A DNA stretch of 16,341 bases from Bdellovibrionia bacterium (GTDB lineage: Bacteria > Bdellovibrionota > UBA1018), in contig JBJMMA010000099.1 of the NCBI GenBank assembly GCA_045805065.1, positions 1 to 16,341 of the forward strand. The letters are read 5' to 3'. The notes below the pieces were generated by a model. The model worked only from the letters and a program-made list of their open reading frames with translations. It was not told where the DNA came from and searched no databases. Shown here piece by piece: positions 15,809 through 16,341 of the stretch. The translations under genes and the position numbers were made by a program. Numbering within the stretch: position 1 is the first letter of the stretch; every line of letters starts with the position of its first letter.

Positions 15809-15825
15809 AGCAGGCGCCATGCCAA
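15809..15825 (-). promoter_or_regulatory. sigma54-like -24/-12 promoter
   Basis: Minus strand TTGGCAT-GGCGC-CTGCT (GG-N10-GC), ~38 nt upstream of ATG 15772. Confidence 0.55.
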
Positions 15826-16035
15826 TGCATGTGAGCAGTTAGACTGGACTAATATTCGAGCAATTACTCACTATTACACGTCATATAAATAAGAATAATC
15901 GACCTATTTTAAGCGAATAAATCGCCAAAATTATAAACAACGCCAGTACAGTGACATGTGTCAGGAGCTACCTAATTATCATACGCCTTATTGCCGTGAT
16001 GATTCGTGAGTATAGACTTTAACGTTTGCGTGGGG

Positions 16036-16341
16036 TCACTCTGTCGGCCTAAACCAAATTTTTTGATTCAGATCAGTTGGAAATGCGGAATTTCCCAAGG
16101 GAAAGTTCCCAAACCTGAGTTGCCCGTCCCTCACATTGTATATGTCCCTGATCTGCCGCCCTAAATGAGGAACAATAGCCGGATCACAACTCACTTCAGC
16201 TATGTCCTTGGCAACGTTCAATGCCCAGTCTGAAAAGCCACAGGCCCTCTTCGAATTATAATAGGCAACGACATCCGGATGAATGAGTGTCATCTTCATT
16301 GATTTCGGGAAGATTCCGATCTCAAAACCAGGACCCATCGC
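16036..16341 (-). CDS. Hypothetical protein, 3' part (frame open to window edge)
   Basis: ORF of at least 100 aa containing CGFSDWALNVAKDI...C. The frame continues past 16341. Confidence 0.6.
   Translation of the reverse strand, partial: AMGPGFEIGIFPKSMKMTLIHPDVVAYYNSKRACGFSDWALNVAKDIAEVSCDPAIVPHLGRQIRDIYNVRDGQLRFGNFPLGNSAFPTDLNQKIWFRPTE

Noticed and set aside
15840..16035. AT-rich intergenic region as ncRNA or replication origin
   Set aside because: No convincing stems, repeats or DnaA-box cluster are seen. It is consistent with an ordinary upstream regulatory region.
1..16341. tRNA/rRNA genes
   Set aside because: No cloverleaf or rRNA-like conserved sequence was recognised in any intergenic gap.

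Overview
The window looks like chromosomal DNA from a Bdellovibrionota/Oligoflexia-type bacterium; this is inferred from a DgcB-like FHA-GGDEF gene, the HNH family present and lineage-style secreted proteins. The + strand core genes are: end of one acyl-CoA dehydrogenase, a second complete one, pgi, an FHA-GGDEF diguanylate cyclase, then a tightly coupled mutL-miaA-2-hydroxyacid dehydrogenase-PEP synthase/PPDK regulatory protein-ilvE-DUF503 operon. The right end carries minus-strand secreted hypothetical genes with sigma54-like promoters. The most interesting part is a ~2.6 kb accessory block (3951-6540) between the cyclase and mutL. It holds a membrane hypothetical gene, a GFA/CENP-V gene and a DUF222-like/HNH endonuclease gene. 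A GC-rich palindrome (A)CTCCGCCGGCGGAG(T) occurs three times only in this block: once on each side of the GFA gene and once in-frame inside the HNH gene. This suggests an HNH-associated REP-like mobile or cargo system. The first ~150 bp look chimeric: a ceramidase-like reading frame is joined to the acyl-CoA dehydrogenase tail at an AAGCTT site.
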